Origin: Eledone cirrhosa | Lineage: Eukaryota | Assembly (NCBI GenBank): GCA_964016885.1 | Contig: OZ024762.1 | Coordinates: 5,704,001 to 5,768,000 of the forward strand | Direction: 5' to 3' | Length of the DNA stretch: 64,000 nt | Shown: positions 38,469-51,725 of the stretch, piece by piece | Position numbering within the stretch: position 1 is the stretch's first letter | Layout of the letters: each line of letters opens with the position of its first letter | Made by a program: the position numbers and the translations under genes | Notes under the pieces: model-generated | Told to the model about the DNA's origin: nothing | Database searches by the model: none | What the model saw: the letters and a program-made list of their open reading frames with translations, nothing else

Positions 38469-39202
38469 GTATATATATAGATATGTATATATAGTATATA
38501 TATATATGTATATATACACATATATATATATACATACAAGTATCTTTTTCATCCCCTTCTCTCTATTCAGTTATAGACAAAACACTCTGTAGTTATTGAT
38601 TATCTATCAATACAAACATCTTAGCCTCACACACACACACCCACACATATACATACATACACACACACACACATATACATATACACACAGATATATACAT
38701 ATGTATACTCACTCACATATATACATGCACACACACACATATACATATATATATATACATAACACACACACATATACATGTATATACACAGACATATATA
38801 CATATATATACTCACTCACATATATACATGCACACACACACATATACATATATATATATACAACACACACACATATATATATGTATATACATACACATAT
38901 ATACATATATATACATATATATACACACTCACATATATACATGCACACACACACACACACATATATATATACACATATACAATAGCCATAGAACATATTG
39001 ATTTCTAAAGTCCACCAAACTAATTGATTCCAGAACAATCTATACTGTCCTCATATTTACTTATCATACAACATTGCTTTCTTGTTAACCCCCTCCCCAT
39101 AACATACCACCACCACCACCATCGCCGCCGCAGTAAAGTACCAGATTCAACATGATTGTCTTTTTCTGCCCCTAAAATTCTAAATTAGATGTCATTATTG
39201 TG

Positions 39203-39728
39203 TGGAGTGGCAGTATCGGTAGAGGGTCGGACGCCATGCTTTGAAGCATGGAGTTACGGCCCTTGCCATTCTGAGTTCAAATCCCATCAAGGTTAACTTT
39301 GCCTTTCATCCTTACGGGGTCGATAAAATAAAGTATCAGTAATGCACTGGGGTAATTCCTGGCCTTGTGCCAAACGTAGAAACAATTATTATTATTATTG
39401 TTATTAGGGCGGTAGATTGGCAGTATCGGTAGAGGGTCGGACGCCCTGCTTTGAGGCATAGAGTTACGGCCCTTTATGATCTGAGTTCAAATCCCGCCAG
39501 GGTTAACTTTGCCTTTCATCCTTACGGGGTTGATAAAATAAAGTACCAGTCACGCACTGGGGTCAATTTCATTGACTTTTCCCTCCCCCCCAAAATTGCT
39601 GGCCTTGTGCCTTTATAAGAAACCATTATTATTATTATTGTAAGGGCGGTGGATTGGCAGTATCGGTAGAGGGTCGGACACCATGCTTTGATGCATAGAG
39701 TTACAGCCCTTGCCATTCTGAGTTCAAA
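39203..39728 (+). mobile_element. Tandem array of a second SINE-like family; other copies at 31860-32270, 51825-52130 (-), 48895-49062, 59280-59505
   Basis: Repeated ggcagtatcggtagagggtcggac...gagttcaaatccc...ctttgcctttcatccttacggggtcgataaaataaagtaccag...(att)n. Confidence 0.8.
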
Positions 39729-39732
39729 ACTG

Positions 39733-40613
39733 GTCCATCGGGTGTAGCTGCCGAGATGCTGAAGGCATCTGGGTCGATAGGTCACACCATAACCACACGT
39801 ATTGTTAACAAGGTAATACTAGAGGGTGTCATACCAAAGGATTGGTGCAGCAGCATCATTGTCAACTGCTACAAGGGTAAAGGTGATGTACTAGATAGAG
39901 GAAACTATAGAGGTATAAAGCTGATGGACCAGGTCATGAAAGTCACAGAAAGAGTTATAGCACAGCTGATAAGGGACCGAGTAAATCTAGATGAGATACA
40001 GTTTGGGTTTGTGCCAGGCAAAAGCACCACTGATGCTCTCTTCCTTGTAAGGCAGTTACAGGAAAAGCACCTAGCTAAAAGTAAGCCACTCCAGCTGGCA
40101 TTTGTCGATCTGGAAAAAGCCTTCGACAGAGTGTCCCGGGCTATAATCTGGTGGGTTCTTAGAAAACTAGGAGTAGATAAATGGCTTGGGAAAGCTGTAC
40201 AAGCTATGTATAGGGGAGCAGGCAGCAAAGTTAGGGTTAACTATGACTATAGCGAGGAATTTAGCATACAAGTCGGTGTCCACCAGGGCTCTGTTCTTAG
40301 TCCTCTCCTGTTTATTATAGTATTGCAGGCTATAACAGAGGAGTTTAAGAGCGGATGTTCATGGGAACTTCTGTATGAGGATGATCTTACACTTATAGCT
40401 GAATCTATGGTGGAACTAAAGAAAAAATTCCAAACATGGAAGCAGGGACTAGAAAGAAGAGGTCTCAAAGTCAACCTGACAAAGACTAAAGTCCTCATAA
40501 GTAGACGAGAAAACAGAATCCAGATCCCCTCAGTATGTAGGAAAGGTGAATGTAGGAATTCCATCCTCTGCCCTAAATGCAAACTATGGGTACACAAGAG
40601 ATGTAGTGGGATC
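39733..40613 (+). mobile_element. RTE-clade LINE reverse transcriptase fragment
   Basis: KGKGD...NYRGIKL, QFGFVPGKSTTDA, AFVDLEKAFDRV, GVHQGSVLSPLLF, LLYEDD (YADD mutated), followed by the Cys-rich CPKCKLWVHKRC motif. The ORF then runs into a simple repeat. Confidence 0.93.
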
Positions 40614-41261
40614 GCCACGATTACTGCTACGACAACCACCATCACCATCATCATTACTTCTACCACCACCACCACCACCACCACTGCTACCACTAACATC
40701 ATCACCAACACTGCCAGCACTATCACCTTCAGTGGTTGTGATGGCGGTGGTGGTGATGGTGTTGATGGTTGTGATGGTGGTGGTGGTGGTGGTGGTAATG
40801 GTGGTGGTGGTAATGGTAGTGATGGTGATGATGATGGTGTTTATGGTTGTGATGATGGACATGATAGTGGTGGTGTTGATAATTATGATGATGGTTGTGA
40901 TAGTGGTAGTAGTGGTGGTGGTGTAGATAATTATGATGATGGTTGTGATAGTGGTAGTGGTGGTGGTGGTCATAATGGCGGTGGTGTTGATAATTATGAT
41001 GACTCACCTTAATTAACCAAGACACCTAAAGTCAAGTGGAGTTAAGTATGTTGACCAAAGACAACACAGCTTTCACAGGAAAACTGGAATACTAAGTACT
41101 ATGGTGGTGGTGGTGGTGGTGGCGGTGTTGTTGGAGTGGGTGTTGTTCTGGCTGTTGTTGTTGTTGGTGTAGGTATTGTTGTTGTTGTTGTTGTGGCTGT
41201 AGTTGTTGTTGTTCTGGTTGAGCTTCCAATACTCAAGTTATGGGCTTCCAAAACTTCTTAC

Positions 41262-41422
41262 TGTAGGGGGTTTAACCCCCATTAGGGTGTCTTAATATTA
41301 TTGAAATTTGCTGAAATTTTGTGAATAGGCATCATATCTTGTCATTTATCTACGGTTTAAATTTCATATAAATCGAAGGGAAATTTTCAGCGGGGGTTTG
41401 TGCCTCCGAGGAACCCTTTGAT
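41262..41422 (-). mobile_element. Fragment of the Helitron family at 30080-31120
   Basis: Reverse-complement similarity to 30225-30387 (ctgtagggggtttaacccccattagggtgtctt...). Confidence 0.7.
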
Positions 41423-41457
41423 TCAGGCAGTAACGGTCTAAGGACCGTCACTGCCTG

Positions 41458-42468
41458 ATGAAGATCTTACAGGCTTATGGAATCCCCAAGAAGATAGTGG
41501 ACCTGATATCACTGCTCTACACCAACACCAGAGCCCAAGTCATTACACCTGATGGGATGACAGAGTTCTTTGAGATACTGGCTGGAGTGCTCCAGGGAGA
41601 TACATTGGCTCCCTACCTTTTTATCATTGCAGTGGAGAAACACCAGGACTCTGGCTTTACTGTAGCACTGGCTCAGAGCAGGAGAGTTAAGGCTAAAAGA
41701 TATCAGATGCTGAATTTTCTGACGATATAGGTCTGGTGACAAACAAAGAGGAGGCAGAGGAGTTGATGCAGGAGGTGCAGACTGTATCGATGAGTATGGG
41801 GCTAGGAATGAATGAGATTAAGATGAAATATCTGGTAGAGAACATTAAAAGCCAGAGAAGATTATAAATGCAGGCGGGAAGCTGCTAGAGTTGGTTGAGG
41901 ACTTCCTGTATCTGGGAGCAAAGATTGGGAACACAGAGGATGATGTGGTTGAGAGGAAGAGCAAAGCCTGGGGGAGTTTGCCACAGTTTGAGATCGGTGT
42001 GGAAGTCAGACCTTCATAAAAATCTGAAGATCCGTCTCTTCATTGCTACAGGACTCTGTGCCACTGTACGGGTCTGAGACTTGGACACTGACCAAAAAAC
42101 TCATTCAGATGGTGGATGGGTGCTACATGTGAATGCTGAGGATGGCTCTGCACATTAATCAGTATACACTGAGGATGAAGAACTCAGAGCAGCATGGGAG
42201 CTTCCCAAAAGTCAGCTCGAAAGTAACACAGAGGAAACTGAGGTTAGCTGGACATGCTCACCGACATTCAGAGTTGACACTGCACTCAGAACTCCTGTGG
42301 GACCCCCTACACGGACACACTAGAAGAGGGAGACCGAGGTTGACATATATTGATGCCCTAAGGACAGACACTGGTCTCTGGGGGACGCAGGGTATGGCAA
42401 TGATGATGAAGGACAGAGACTGCTGGAGAGAACTCGTCCATGGATCTTGGCAATTTTACCCACCCTAG
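41458..42468 (+). mobile_element. Degenerate RTE-like LINE, second family (RT C-half to 3' end)
   Basis: GVLQGDTLAPYLFII, frameshifted FSDDI, YGSETWTLT, LRLAGH, GRPRLTYID. Confidence 0.85.
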
Positions 42469-42712
42469 ATAGATACAAAGATACATATATATGTATATAT
42501 GTATGTACATATATATATACATATGTATATATACATACATATATGAGCATGAAGAAAATAATTGTTTTTACTTTTGGCACATACCAGCAATTATCTGGTA
42601 CAACCTGTCTCATGGTCGGGTCGTTGGCAACCCCACCAAGGTTTCTTGGTGAGGAGGGTGACTTTGGACATCCTGCAGGACTAAAAATATATATACATAC
42701 ATACATACACAT

Positions 42713-42743
<31 letters not shown>

Positions 42744-42809
42744 AACAACATGAGATAATTATTTCATTCACCCTTCCGACGGAAATACTTCATTTATATA
42801 TATATTTAA

Positions 42810-42872
<63 letters not shown>

Positions 42873-42984
42873 GGATGTTTGTTGTATGAATATGGGGTGG
42901 ATGTGGGAGTGGGGAGGATATTGTCAGGGGTGTATAATAGTGGTGTTGGTTTTGGTGGTGGCAGTGCGGTGTTGGGGATTAGTG

Positions 42985-43625
42985 ATGGTGGTAGTAGTAG
43001 AGGTGGTAGTGAAGGTGGTGGTGGTAGTGAAGGTGGTGGTGGTGGTGGTGGTAGTGAAGGTGGTGGTGGTGGTGGTGGTGGTAGTGAAGGTGGTGGTGGT
43101 GGTGGTGGTAGTGAAGGTGGTGGTGGTGGTGGTGGTAGTGAAGGTGGTGGTGGTGGTGGTGGTAGTGAAGGTGGTGGTGGTGGGGGTGGTGGTAGTGAAG
43201 GTGGTGGTGGTGGTGGTGGTAGTGAAGGTGGTGGTGGTGGTGGTGGTGGTAGTGAAGGTGGTGGTGGTGGTGGTGGTGGTGGTGGTGGTGGTGGTGGTGG
43301 TGGTGGTAGTGAAGGTGGTGGTGGTGGTGGTGGTAGTGAAGGTGGTGGTGGTGGTGGAACAAGGAACGGTCTGCAGGTGTTGGTAGTGTTTAACACTTAA
43401 GTAGACAGGAACATGATGACAACAGAATTAAACTCGCCCCCACCAACACCACCATCATCACTACCATTACCACCAAAACCACCACCACCATCATTAGCAC
43501 TGCCACCACCACTACCACCATCATTAGCACTGCCACCACCACCACCATTACCACCACCACCACCACCATCATTAGCACTGCCACCAACATTACCACCACC
43601 ACCACCACCATTAGCACTGCAACCT
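42985..43625. repeat. (GGT)n/(ACC)n-type simple repeats; similar tracts at 20450-20736, 33800-34090, 40630-41000, 47510-47730, 48345-48725
   Basis: Trinucleotide low-complexity tracts that produce spurious poly-G/P/H/V ORFs. Confidence 0.9.
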
Positions 43626-43719
43626 CCATTAGTAAAAGAAGGCAGTGGTGCCCCAGCATGGCCATGGTCTAATGACCAAAACCAGTAAAAGAATAAAATA
43701 AGGTGTTGCACCAGTATGG

Positions 43720-44385
43720 CCACAGTCTACTAACTGAAACCAGTAAAATAACCCAGTGCCCCAGTGTGGCCACAATCTAATAACTGAAACCAGTAAAGAA
43801 GGTAGTACCCCAGTATGGCCACAGTCTAATGACTGACACCAGTAAAGAAGGTAGTACCCCAGTATGGCCACAGTCTAATGACTGACACCAGTAAAGAAGG
43901 TAGTACCCCAGTATGGCCACAGTCTAATGACTGAAACCAACAAAGAAGGTAGTACCCCAGTATGGCCACAGTCTACTAACTGACACCAGTAAAGAAGGTA
44001 GTACCCCAGTATGGCCACAATCTAATGACTGAAACCAGTAAAGAAGGTAGTACCCCAGTATGGCCACAGTCTAATGACTGACACCAGTAAAGAAGGTAGT
44101 ACCCCAGTATGGCCACAGTCTAATGACTGACACCAGTAAAGAAGGTAGTACCCCAGTATGACCACAGTCTACTAACTGACACCAGTAAAGAAGGTAGTAC
44201 CCCAGTATGGCCACAGTCTAATGACTGAAACCAACAAAGAAGGTAGTACCCCAGTATGGCCACAGTCTAATGACTGACACCAGTAAAGAAGGTAGTACCC
44301 CAGTATGGCCACAGTCTACTAACTGACACCAGTAAAGAAGGTAGTACCCCAGTATGGCCACAATCTAATGATTGAAACCAGTAAA
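43720..44385. repeat. Minisatellite, 49-bp unit, about 13 copies; reverse-strand relative at 53568-53820
   Basis: cagtaaagaaggtagtaccccagtatggccacagtctaatgactgacac. Confidence 0.95.
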
Positions 44386-44713
44386 ATATCATCTGTAATA
44401 AAAGCGAATGTGTGCATTTATATAATTGTCTGTCACTCACTGAAAGGGAGATACCAGTAATTCACTGGGTAATTGCTGGCCTTGTGCCAAACGTAGAAAC
44501 AATTATTGTGTGAGTGTATGTGTTTGTGTGAATATATTTATACTTGTGTGAGTGTGAGTTTATATTTATATACTCATACAAGATATTGTCTGGGTTATCT
44601 ATGTTAGTTGTGGTTAGTTTATTCTCAAAAAAGTTTCTAATAAAAGAATTATTAAACTGAAAACTTGGTTTTGTACCCCTTTTATATATAAAACTAGTTG
44701 GCCCCTGTGCTGT

Positions 44714-45412
44714 CATAATCACCCCTTCCTTCCCCAGTCAATGTAATGACCCCTTCCTTCCTCAGTCGATGTAATCACCCCTTTCTTCCTCAGTGGATAT
44801 AATCACCCCTTCCTTCCTCAGTCAACATAATCACCCCTTCCTTCCCCAGTCAATGTAATCACCCCTTTCTTCCTCAGTGGACATAATCACCCCTTCCTTC
44901 CCCAGTCAATGTAATCACCCCTTCCTTCCTCAGTCAACATAATCACCCCTTCCTTCCTCAGTCGATGTAATCACCCCATCCTTCCTCAGTCGACATAATC
45001 ACCCCTTCCTTCCTCAGTTGACATAATCACCCCTTCCTTCCTCAGTCAACATAATCACCCCTTTCTTCCTCAGTGGACATAATCACCCCTTCCTTCCCCA
45101 GTCAATGTAATCACCCCTTCCTTCCTCAGTCAACATAATCACCCCTTCCTTCCTCAGTCGATGTAATCACCCCATCCTTCCTCAGTCGACATAATCACCC
45201 CTTCCTTCCTCAGTTGACATAATCACCCCTTCCTTCCTCAGTTGACATAATCACCCCTTCCTTCCTCAGTTGACATACTCACCCCATCCTTCCTCAGTCG
45301 ACATAATCACCCCTTCCTTCCTCAGTTGACATAATCACCCCTTCCTTCCTCAGTGAACATAATCACCCCTTCCTTCCTCAGTTGACATACTCACCCCTTC
45401 CTTCCTCAGTCA
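44714..45412. repeat. Minisatellite, 28-bp unit, about 25 copies
   Basis: ataatcaccccttccttcctcagtNgac. Confidence 0.95.
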
Positions 45413-46073
45413 TCTCTAGTGTGTGACAAACCAATACACAAGACTATTATATTTGATGACATGAGGCCAGCTAGTTAGAATAATAGTTATATAAACCTTG
45501 ACACAGTATTCCAATAATCTGATATTCTGTTTTATGTTTGTTTTAATATTCTGTTATTCAATCATGTGGAAAATATATTTCACAATTCCAGAAAAGCTTC
45601 TATGGAGATGTCACAGTGTGTGATGCCATATTTATGGTGTGTGTGTGTGTGGGTGGTGGGGGGAGGGGTATGTATGCATGTGTGTGTATGTATATATGTG
45701 GGTGCATGTGTGTATCTGTGTGTATGTATGTATGTATATGTGGGTTTGTGCATCTGTGTGTATGTATGTGTGTGTGTTTGTGTGTATGTATATAGGTGGG
45801 TGTGTATATGTATGAGTATCTGTGTGCATGTATATGTGTGTGTGTCTGTGCATACATATGTGTGTGTGTGTGTGCATACATGTGTGTGTGTGTGTGTGTA
45901 TTTCTGTATGTATATGTATGAGTTATGGTATTTCATTAATTCAAGAATGGCAATTGGTGGTGTTGTTGTTGTTCTTGATGTTGTTGGTGGTGGTGGTGTG
46001 TTGTTGTTGTTGGTGATGGTGGTGGTGTCGGTGATGGTGTGTTGTTGTTGTTGGTGGTGGATGTGTGCTGTGT

Positions 46074-46500
46074 GCAAGGGGTGAGATGGAGAGGTGCCTC
46101 AGCAAGACTAATCGCAGGCAAACAGCTTTACTGGGTAGGAAATGATGATGGGTTAGGTGGGGTAGGCATTTTACTGGCCGAGAGGTGGATCAATAAGACA
46201 CTAGAGGTAGTTAGAGTCAATAACAGAATCATTAAGATTAGTTGTAGGCAAGAGACTACTGACAATTATCTCTACCTATGCTCCCCTAACGAGCTTAAGT
46301 AAAGAAGAAAAGGACTGCTTTTACGAGCAACTTCTAGAGATAACCATAATGACAGAGAATGGAGACATAGTTATACCAGCAGGTGACTTCAATGGTCATG
46401 TTGGACAGCTCCAGGATGGATACAGTGGGGTACATGGTCGCCATGGTTATGGCTCAAGAAACGAAGGAGTGAAGCCTCTTGAATTTTGTCATGCAAGTGA
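46074..46500 (+). mobile_element. RTE LINE AP-endonuclease fragment
   Basis: CCVQGVRW...GGVGILL...YAP...AGDFNGHVG. Confidence 0.85.
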
Positions 46501-46504
46501 GCAT

Positions 46505-46960
46505 CAGCCACATATAAAATCTACATTCTTAGATAGCTTACCTGTGATCCCACTACATATTTTATGTACCCATAGTTTGCATTTGGGACATAAAATGGAA
46601 TTTCTGCCTACTCCTTTCCTACACTGAGCATGGCCATTTCCCAGAGGGGACCTGTGCCCTATTTTCCTTTCTACATACTAGAACTTTAGTCTTAGACAAG
46701 TTAACTTTAAGGCCTTTTGATTCTAGGCCATGCTTCCATGTTTGGAATTTCTTCTCTAGTTCAGCCATCGATTCAGCTATGAGAGTTAGATCATCAGCAT
46801 ATAGAAGTTCCCATGGGCAGCTGGTCTTGAACTCCTCTGTTATAGCCTGAAAAGGGCAATAATAAATAGGAGGGGGCTAAGGACAGAGCCTTGATCACCA
46901 CCAACTTTTATGCTAAATTCTTCACTATATTCGTTGTTAATTCTAACCTTGCTGACTGTT
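46505..46960 (-). mobile_element. RTE LINE RT fragment, opposite orientation to the adjacent endonuclease fragment
   Basis: QGSVLSPLLF...CPWELLYADDL...GLKVNLSKTK...CPKCKLWVHK. Confidence 0.85.
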
Positions 46961-47743
46961 TATATATATATATATATACACACACACATATGTGTGTATG
47001 TGTGTGAAGGCACATGGCTTAGTGGTTAGAGCATTGTTCTTACAATCAGGCGGTTGTAAGTTCCATTCTCAGAGCAGTAATGCATTGTGTCCTTGAGCAA
47101 GACACTTTATTTCGCATTGCTCCAGTTTACTTAGCTGTAGAAATGAGTTGCGACGTCACTGCTGCCAAGCTGTATCATCCATTGCCTTTCCCTTGGACAA
47201 CATCGATGGCGTGGAGAAGGGAGGCTGATATGCATGGGTGACTACTGGTCTTCTACAAACAACCTTGCTTGGACTTGTGCCACAGGGGGAAACTTTATAG
47301 ATGCAAATCACAAGGTTATTTGTGACTGAAGGGGGTCTTACTCCTTACCCTTTATATATATGTATGTGTATATATATATATATATCTGTGTGTGTGCCTG
47401 TGTATATATGTGTGTGTGTGTATATGTGTGTGGTGTGTGTATGTGTGTAACCATCAGTTATATTCCTGAAATTGTGTCTCTCCCTGCCATGTCTCCACTA
47501 CAATTCATGACAATCATCATAACCATCCCCACCACCACAACTCCACCATCACAACCATCATAACCATCCCGATCACCCCCCCCCCCATCATAACCATCCC
47601 CATCCCCACCACCACAACCATCATAATCATCCCCACAACTCCACCACCACCACCACAACCATCATAACCATCCCCACAACTCCACCACCACCACCACCAC
47701 AACCATAACCATCCCCCCCACCACCACCAATAAAGCAATGTAA

Positions 47744-47768
47744 TGACGTCATTGGACAGTTGACGTCA
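47744..47768. promoter_or_regulatory. Two perfect CRE palindromes (TGACGTCA) flanking an inverted CCAAT box
   Basis: TGACGTCA at 47744-47751 and 47761-47768, ATTGG at 47751-47755, in a small unique island between microsatellites. Confidence 0.55.
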
Positions 47769-49123
47769 TTCATGGTAGGCAGACATTGGACTTTTTCAAA
47801 GCTTTCCAACAAAAACAGCAGCCTTGGATCTCTCTCTCTCTCTTTCTCTCACACTTTCTCACTCTTTTCCTCCCCCTCTCTCTCTAACATACTCTTTCTC
47901 TACTGTGATTCTTTCTCTCTCTCTCTCTTCTCCTTTGTTGTCTTCACATGATCTGTCAATACGTTCATAATAAGGAATGAAACAACAACAACAACAACAA
48001 CAACCACTACAACAGCAACAATAACAACCGCAATAACAACTACCACAACAATAATTTGTTTTGAACAAGCACCTGTATATTGTGTTTTTTGTATATGTGT
48101 GTATGTATACATACATACATATACATATATATATATATATATATATGTGTATGTATGTATGTATGCATATGTATGTATGTATGTATGTATGTATATGTAA
48201 GTATGTATGTATATATGAGTATAGATAAAAACAAATACAATGAGAGAAATAAGGCGGAAGATGTGACAGATGTGTGAGTGAGGTAAACATTAAAATATAT
48301 ATACAATGGAAACATTTACACCCAGCATCATCATCATCACCAGTGGTTGGTGGTGGTTGGCAGTGTTGTTGTTGTTGTTGTTGTGGTAGTGGTTGTTGGT
48401 GGTGGTGGTAGTGGTTAGCAGTGTTGTTGTTGTTGCTGTGATAGTGGTTGTTGTTGTTGGTGGTGGTAGTGGTTGGCAGTGTTGTTGCTGTGATAGTGGT
48501 TGTTGTTGTTGTTGGTGGTGGTGGTGGTAGTGGTTGGCAGTGTTGTTGTTGTTGTTGTTGGTGGTAGTGGTTGGCAGTGTTGTTGTTGTTGTTGGTGGTA
48601 GTGGTTGTTGTTGTTGGTGGTGGTAGTGGTTGGCAGTGCTGTTGCTGTGGTAGTGGTTGTTGTTGTTGTTGGTGGTGGTGGTTGGCAGTGTTGTTGTTGT
48701 TGCTGTGGTAGTGGTGGTGGGCAGTGTTTTAAAATTATGTGAAAAACACAGGCTGTGTCTTTCATTTCAACTATGGCAATGAAAGAGTTAAAACGTTTAT
48801 ATTTATCTATAAGCTTTCCCTGAACATTTTATTGAAGAAATGTTATTATTAGATTGTTCCAAACAGCATCATAACAATAAAAACGTTTTGTGACATAGAG
48901 TTATGTCCCTTTATGTTATGAGTTCAAATCCTGCCGAGGTTAGCTTTACCATTCTTCCTTATGAAATTGAGAAAATAAAGTATCAGTAATCCACCAGAGT
49001 CAATTTAATCGACTTTCTCCCCCTCCTCCAAATTGTTGGCCTTGTGCCGAAATCAGAAACCAGTATAACAATCAGAAAGTTACTTGTTATTAAATCTCAC
49101 CAAATGTAATCATTAAATGGATA

Positions 49124-49474
49124 TCATCATCATCATCATCATCATTTCATTTCATGTCCACTTTTCCCTGCTTGCAAGGGTGGGACGGGAACTGATTCTG
49201 GCTTGATTTCTACAGCTGGATGCCCTTCCTAACACCAACCTCATTTACAGGGAGTGCTGGGTGCTTTTTTTGCCATGGCACCTCCACGACCACTTTGCAG
49301 TGGAATGATAGGGACCCCAGTCCCTATCATCTCATTTCTACAGCTGAGTAAACTGGAGCAATGTGAAATAAAGTGTCTTGCTCAAGGAAACAACACAACA
49401 CCCGGTCTGAGAATTGAACTCACAACCTTTCGATTGCAAGGCCAATGCTCCAACCACTAAGCCATGTGCCTCCA
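49124..49474 (-). mobile_element. tRNA-derived SINE, full length
   Basis: Reverse complement of the 50501-50848 family. Confidence 0.88.
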
Positions 49475-49549
49475 CTATATATTCTATATATTCCTGTTAG
49501 CCATATAAATATTATTATTTTTTAACTCTATCAATTGAACTTTATTCCA

Positions 49550-49950
49550 CTTTCTGGTCCTGGCCAACAAGATGGAGAAGGCGTTGCCCTGGAGGACGGC
49601 AAGGGAGATCTAATTGGCAGTTAGTCAACCTCACGGGGCTCTCATCACTGAGTAGCCAACGCTGTCCCGATAGTAGTGAGTAGGGATGTGGTCAAGAATG
49701 CCAGAAGTCTGCACCCCTATAGCGTTGACAAGAAGCCAGAAGCCAGTCCATTTCATGGAACTCACTCCTGTGCGTAGCCAGCTGCAACTCCGATAACAGT
49801 GATCAAGGATATGGTCCAGAAGCCAAGAAGACTGGAAATCTCCACAGCTACAGGCTTGACTACAAACCTATCAGTCAGTGGCCGATACTTGGACAGTTTG
49901 ACCTCTTCGACATGGCAGGCAGCGAAGCCTGGGCTGACCGACATAACCAT
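49550..49950 (-). mobile_element. Relic of a CRE/SLACS-like non-LTR element (restriction-like endonuclease C-terminus)
   Basis: AACHVEEVKLSKY...FVVKPVAVEISSLLG, and downstream ISLAVLQGNA-type motif. Confidence 0.65.
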
Positions 49951-50468
49951 GAGTAAGTTAGTTGTTACCGAATCCCTCCAAATTATTTGAAAATAATAAA
50001 AAAGTACATTTCATTAGAAATATGGAAACAAAAGAGTTTAAGTAAATGTCTCCCACATTGAATTTAGTTCAACAAATTAACATTTTAAATCACCAACACG
50101 TCCCCACCCCACCCCACCCAGCCCTACTTCACTAAAGTATTCAAAATTATACAACAAAACATTAAATAAATAAATAAAACATAAAATAAACAAACAAAAC
50201 ATAAAATAGATAAATAAAATTCTTAAAAAATGAAGCAAAAGTCAGAATGAAATCTTGAAGAACTTTATCAAATCTGTCATCCATTGGAGATTGTTCTGAA
50301 GAATTTTCTCTTTGTTTATTGATTTTTGGTCAATCTTGAAATTGTAATTTCACTCTTGTTAATAATGTTGTTGTTGTTGTTGGTGGTGGTGGTCAGCAGA
50401 CATATATATATATGAAGAAGGTATTCAACACTTAATTTTAAATTTTCCTGCTATTTCGAATTTCACCT

Positions 50469-50500
<32 letters not shown>

Positions 50501-50501
<1 letters not shown>

Positions 50502-50848
50502 GGAGGCACATGGCTTAGTGGTTAGAGCATTGGCCTTGCAATCGAAATGTTGTGAGTTCAATTCTCAGACCGGGTGGTGTGTTGTTTCCTTGAGCAAGAC
50601 ACTTTATTTCACATTGCTCCAGTTTACTCAGCTGTAGAAATGAGATGATAGGGACTGGGGTCCCTATCATTCCACTGCAAAGTGGTCGTGGAGGTGCCAC
50701 GGCAAAAAAGCACCCAGCACTCACTGTAAATGAGGTTGGTGTTAGGAAGGGCATCCAGCTGTAGAAATCAAGCCAGAATCAGTTCCCGTCCCACCCTTGC
50801 AGGCAGGGAAAAGCGGACGTAAAATGAAATGATGATGATGATGATGAC
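50501..50848 (+). mobile_element. tRNA-derived SINE (CORE-like centre, RTE-derived 3' end, (GAT)n tail), full length
   Basis: A box tggcttagtgg, B box gagttcaattc, ccttgagcaagacactttatttcac core. Near-identical copies at 32533-32879 (-) and 49124-49474 (-); partial copy at 26271-26520. Confidence 0.88.
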
Positions 50849-51638
50849 ATTCCTGGCCTGACTGTAATCCCAACCTTTCCTCCTCTTTCTTAAGATGTCA
50901 ACATGAATGGACCTGTTATTTTTATCTCAAGACATTTTTTCCAATTCCACCCTGCCAGTCCCTTCAATCTATCTTATTTCTCATTCTTTCTTCTGATGAA
51001 GGACTAGTGTCCAAAACGTAAAGACCATCCTGCTATTTCAAGCATTAACCTAATATATTCCTTCCATATACTGTACTGATTGTGTTGTTATTTCTGTTTA
51101 CCTTTTACATACACACACACATATATATATATGTGTGTGTGTATATATATATATACACATGTGTGTATCATGACTCGTGCACTGTTCATTTTACTGATGT
51201 TGTGCATTGCCCTATGTACTGTACATGCACTTTTTTGTTGGGTTGTGGTGCACCTGGGCACTGTACACAATATTTCATTATTGTTATTGTTATTATATCA
51301 TGACTCGTACACTGTTCATTTTCCTGACATTTGTACATTACTCTATGTACTATACATGCACCTTTGATGAGTTGTAGTGCACCTGAGCACTGTACACAAT
51401 AATTTCATTATTATTATATATATATACACACACACACACGTATAGATAGATAGATAGATATAGATGTGTGTGTGTTTGTGTGAGTATTTCATTACCATAC
51501 TACACACCTGTCTGCTGCTATCCACCCCCTCTGCTCCTGTTTCACCTAAACGCACCTTTATACTGATTAAATCAGAATTTTCATTTCTAAACTAAACACT
51601 TCATAGTCTCTTACATTTTCTACAAACTACTTATGTAC

Positions 51639-51725
<87 letters not shown>

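Noticed and set aside
39756-41012. 418-aa ORF as an active RT or domesticated gene
   Set aside because: 5'-truncated, catalytic YADD changed to YEDD, and the C-terminus is a read-through into simple repeats
42806-43400. Poly-Pro, poly-Gly (GGGGSE) and poly-His ORFs resembling extensin, formin or linker proteins
   Set aside because: Pure GGT/ACC simple repeat, open in most frames, with no splice or domain context
46074-46960. Opposed RTE fragments as a twin-priming inversion
   Set aside because: The fragments converge, whereas twin priming yields a divergent arrangement; more likely independent insertions or a later deletion
50501-50575. tRNA-like sequence with A and B boxes (also at 257, 22291, 47005)
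   Set aside because: Heads of tRNA-derived SINEs that continue into core and LINE-derived tails; not tRNA genes
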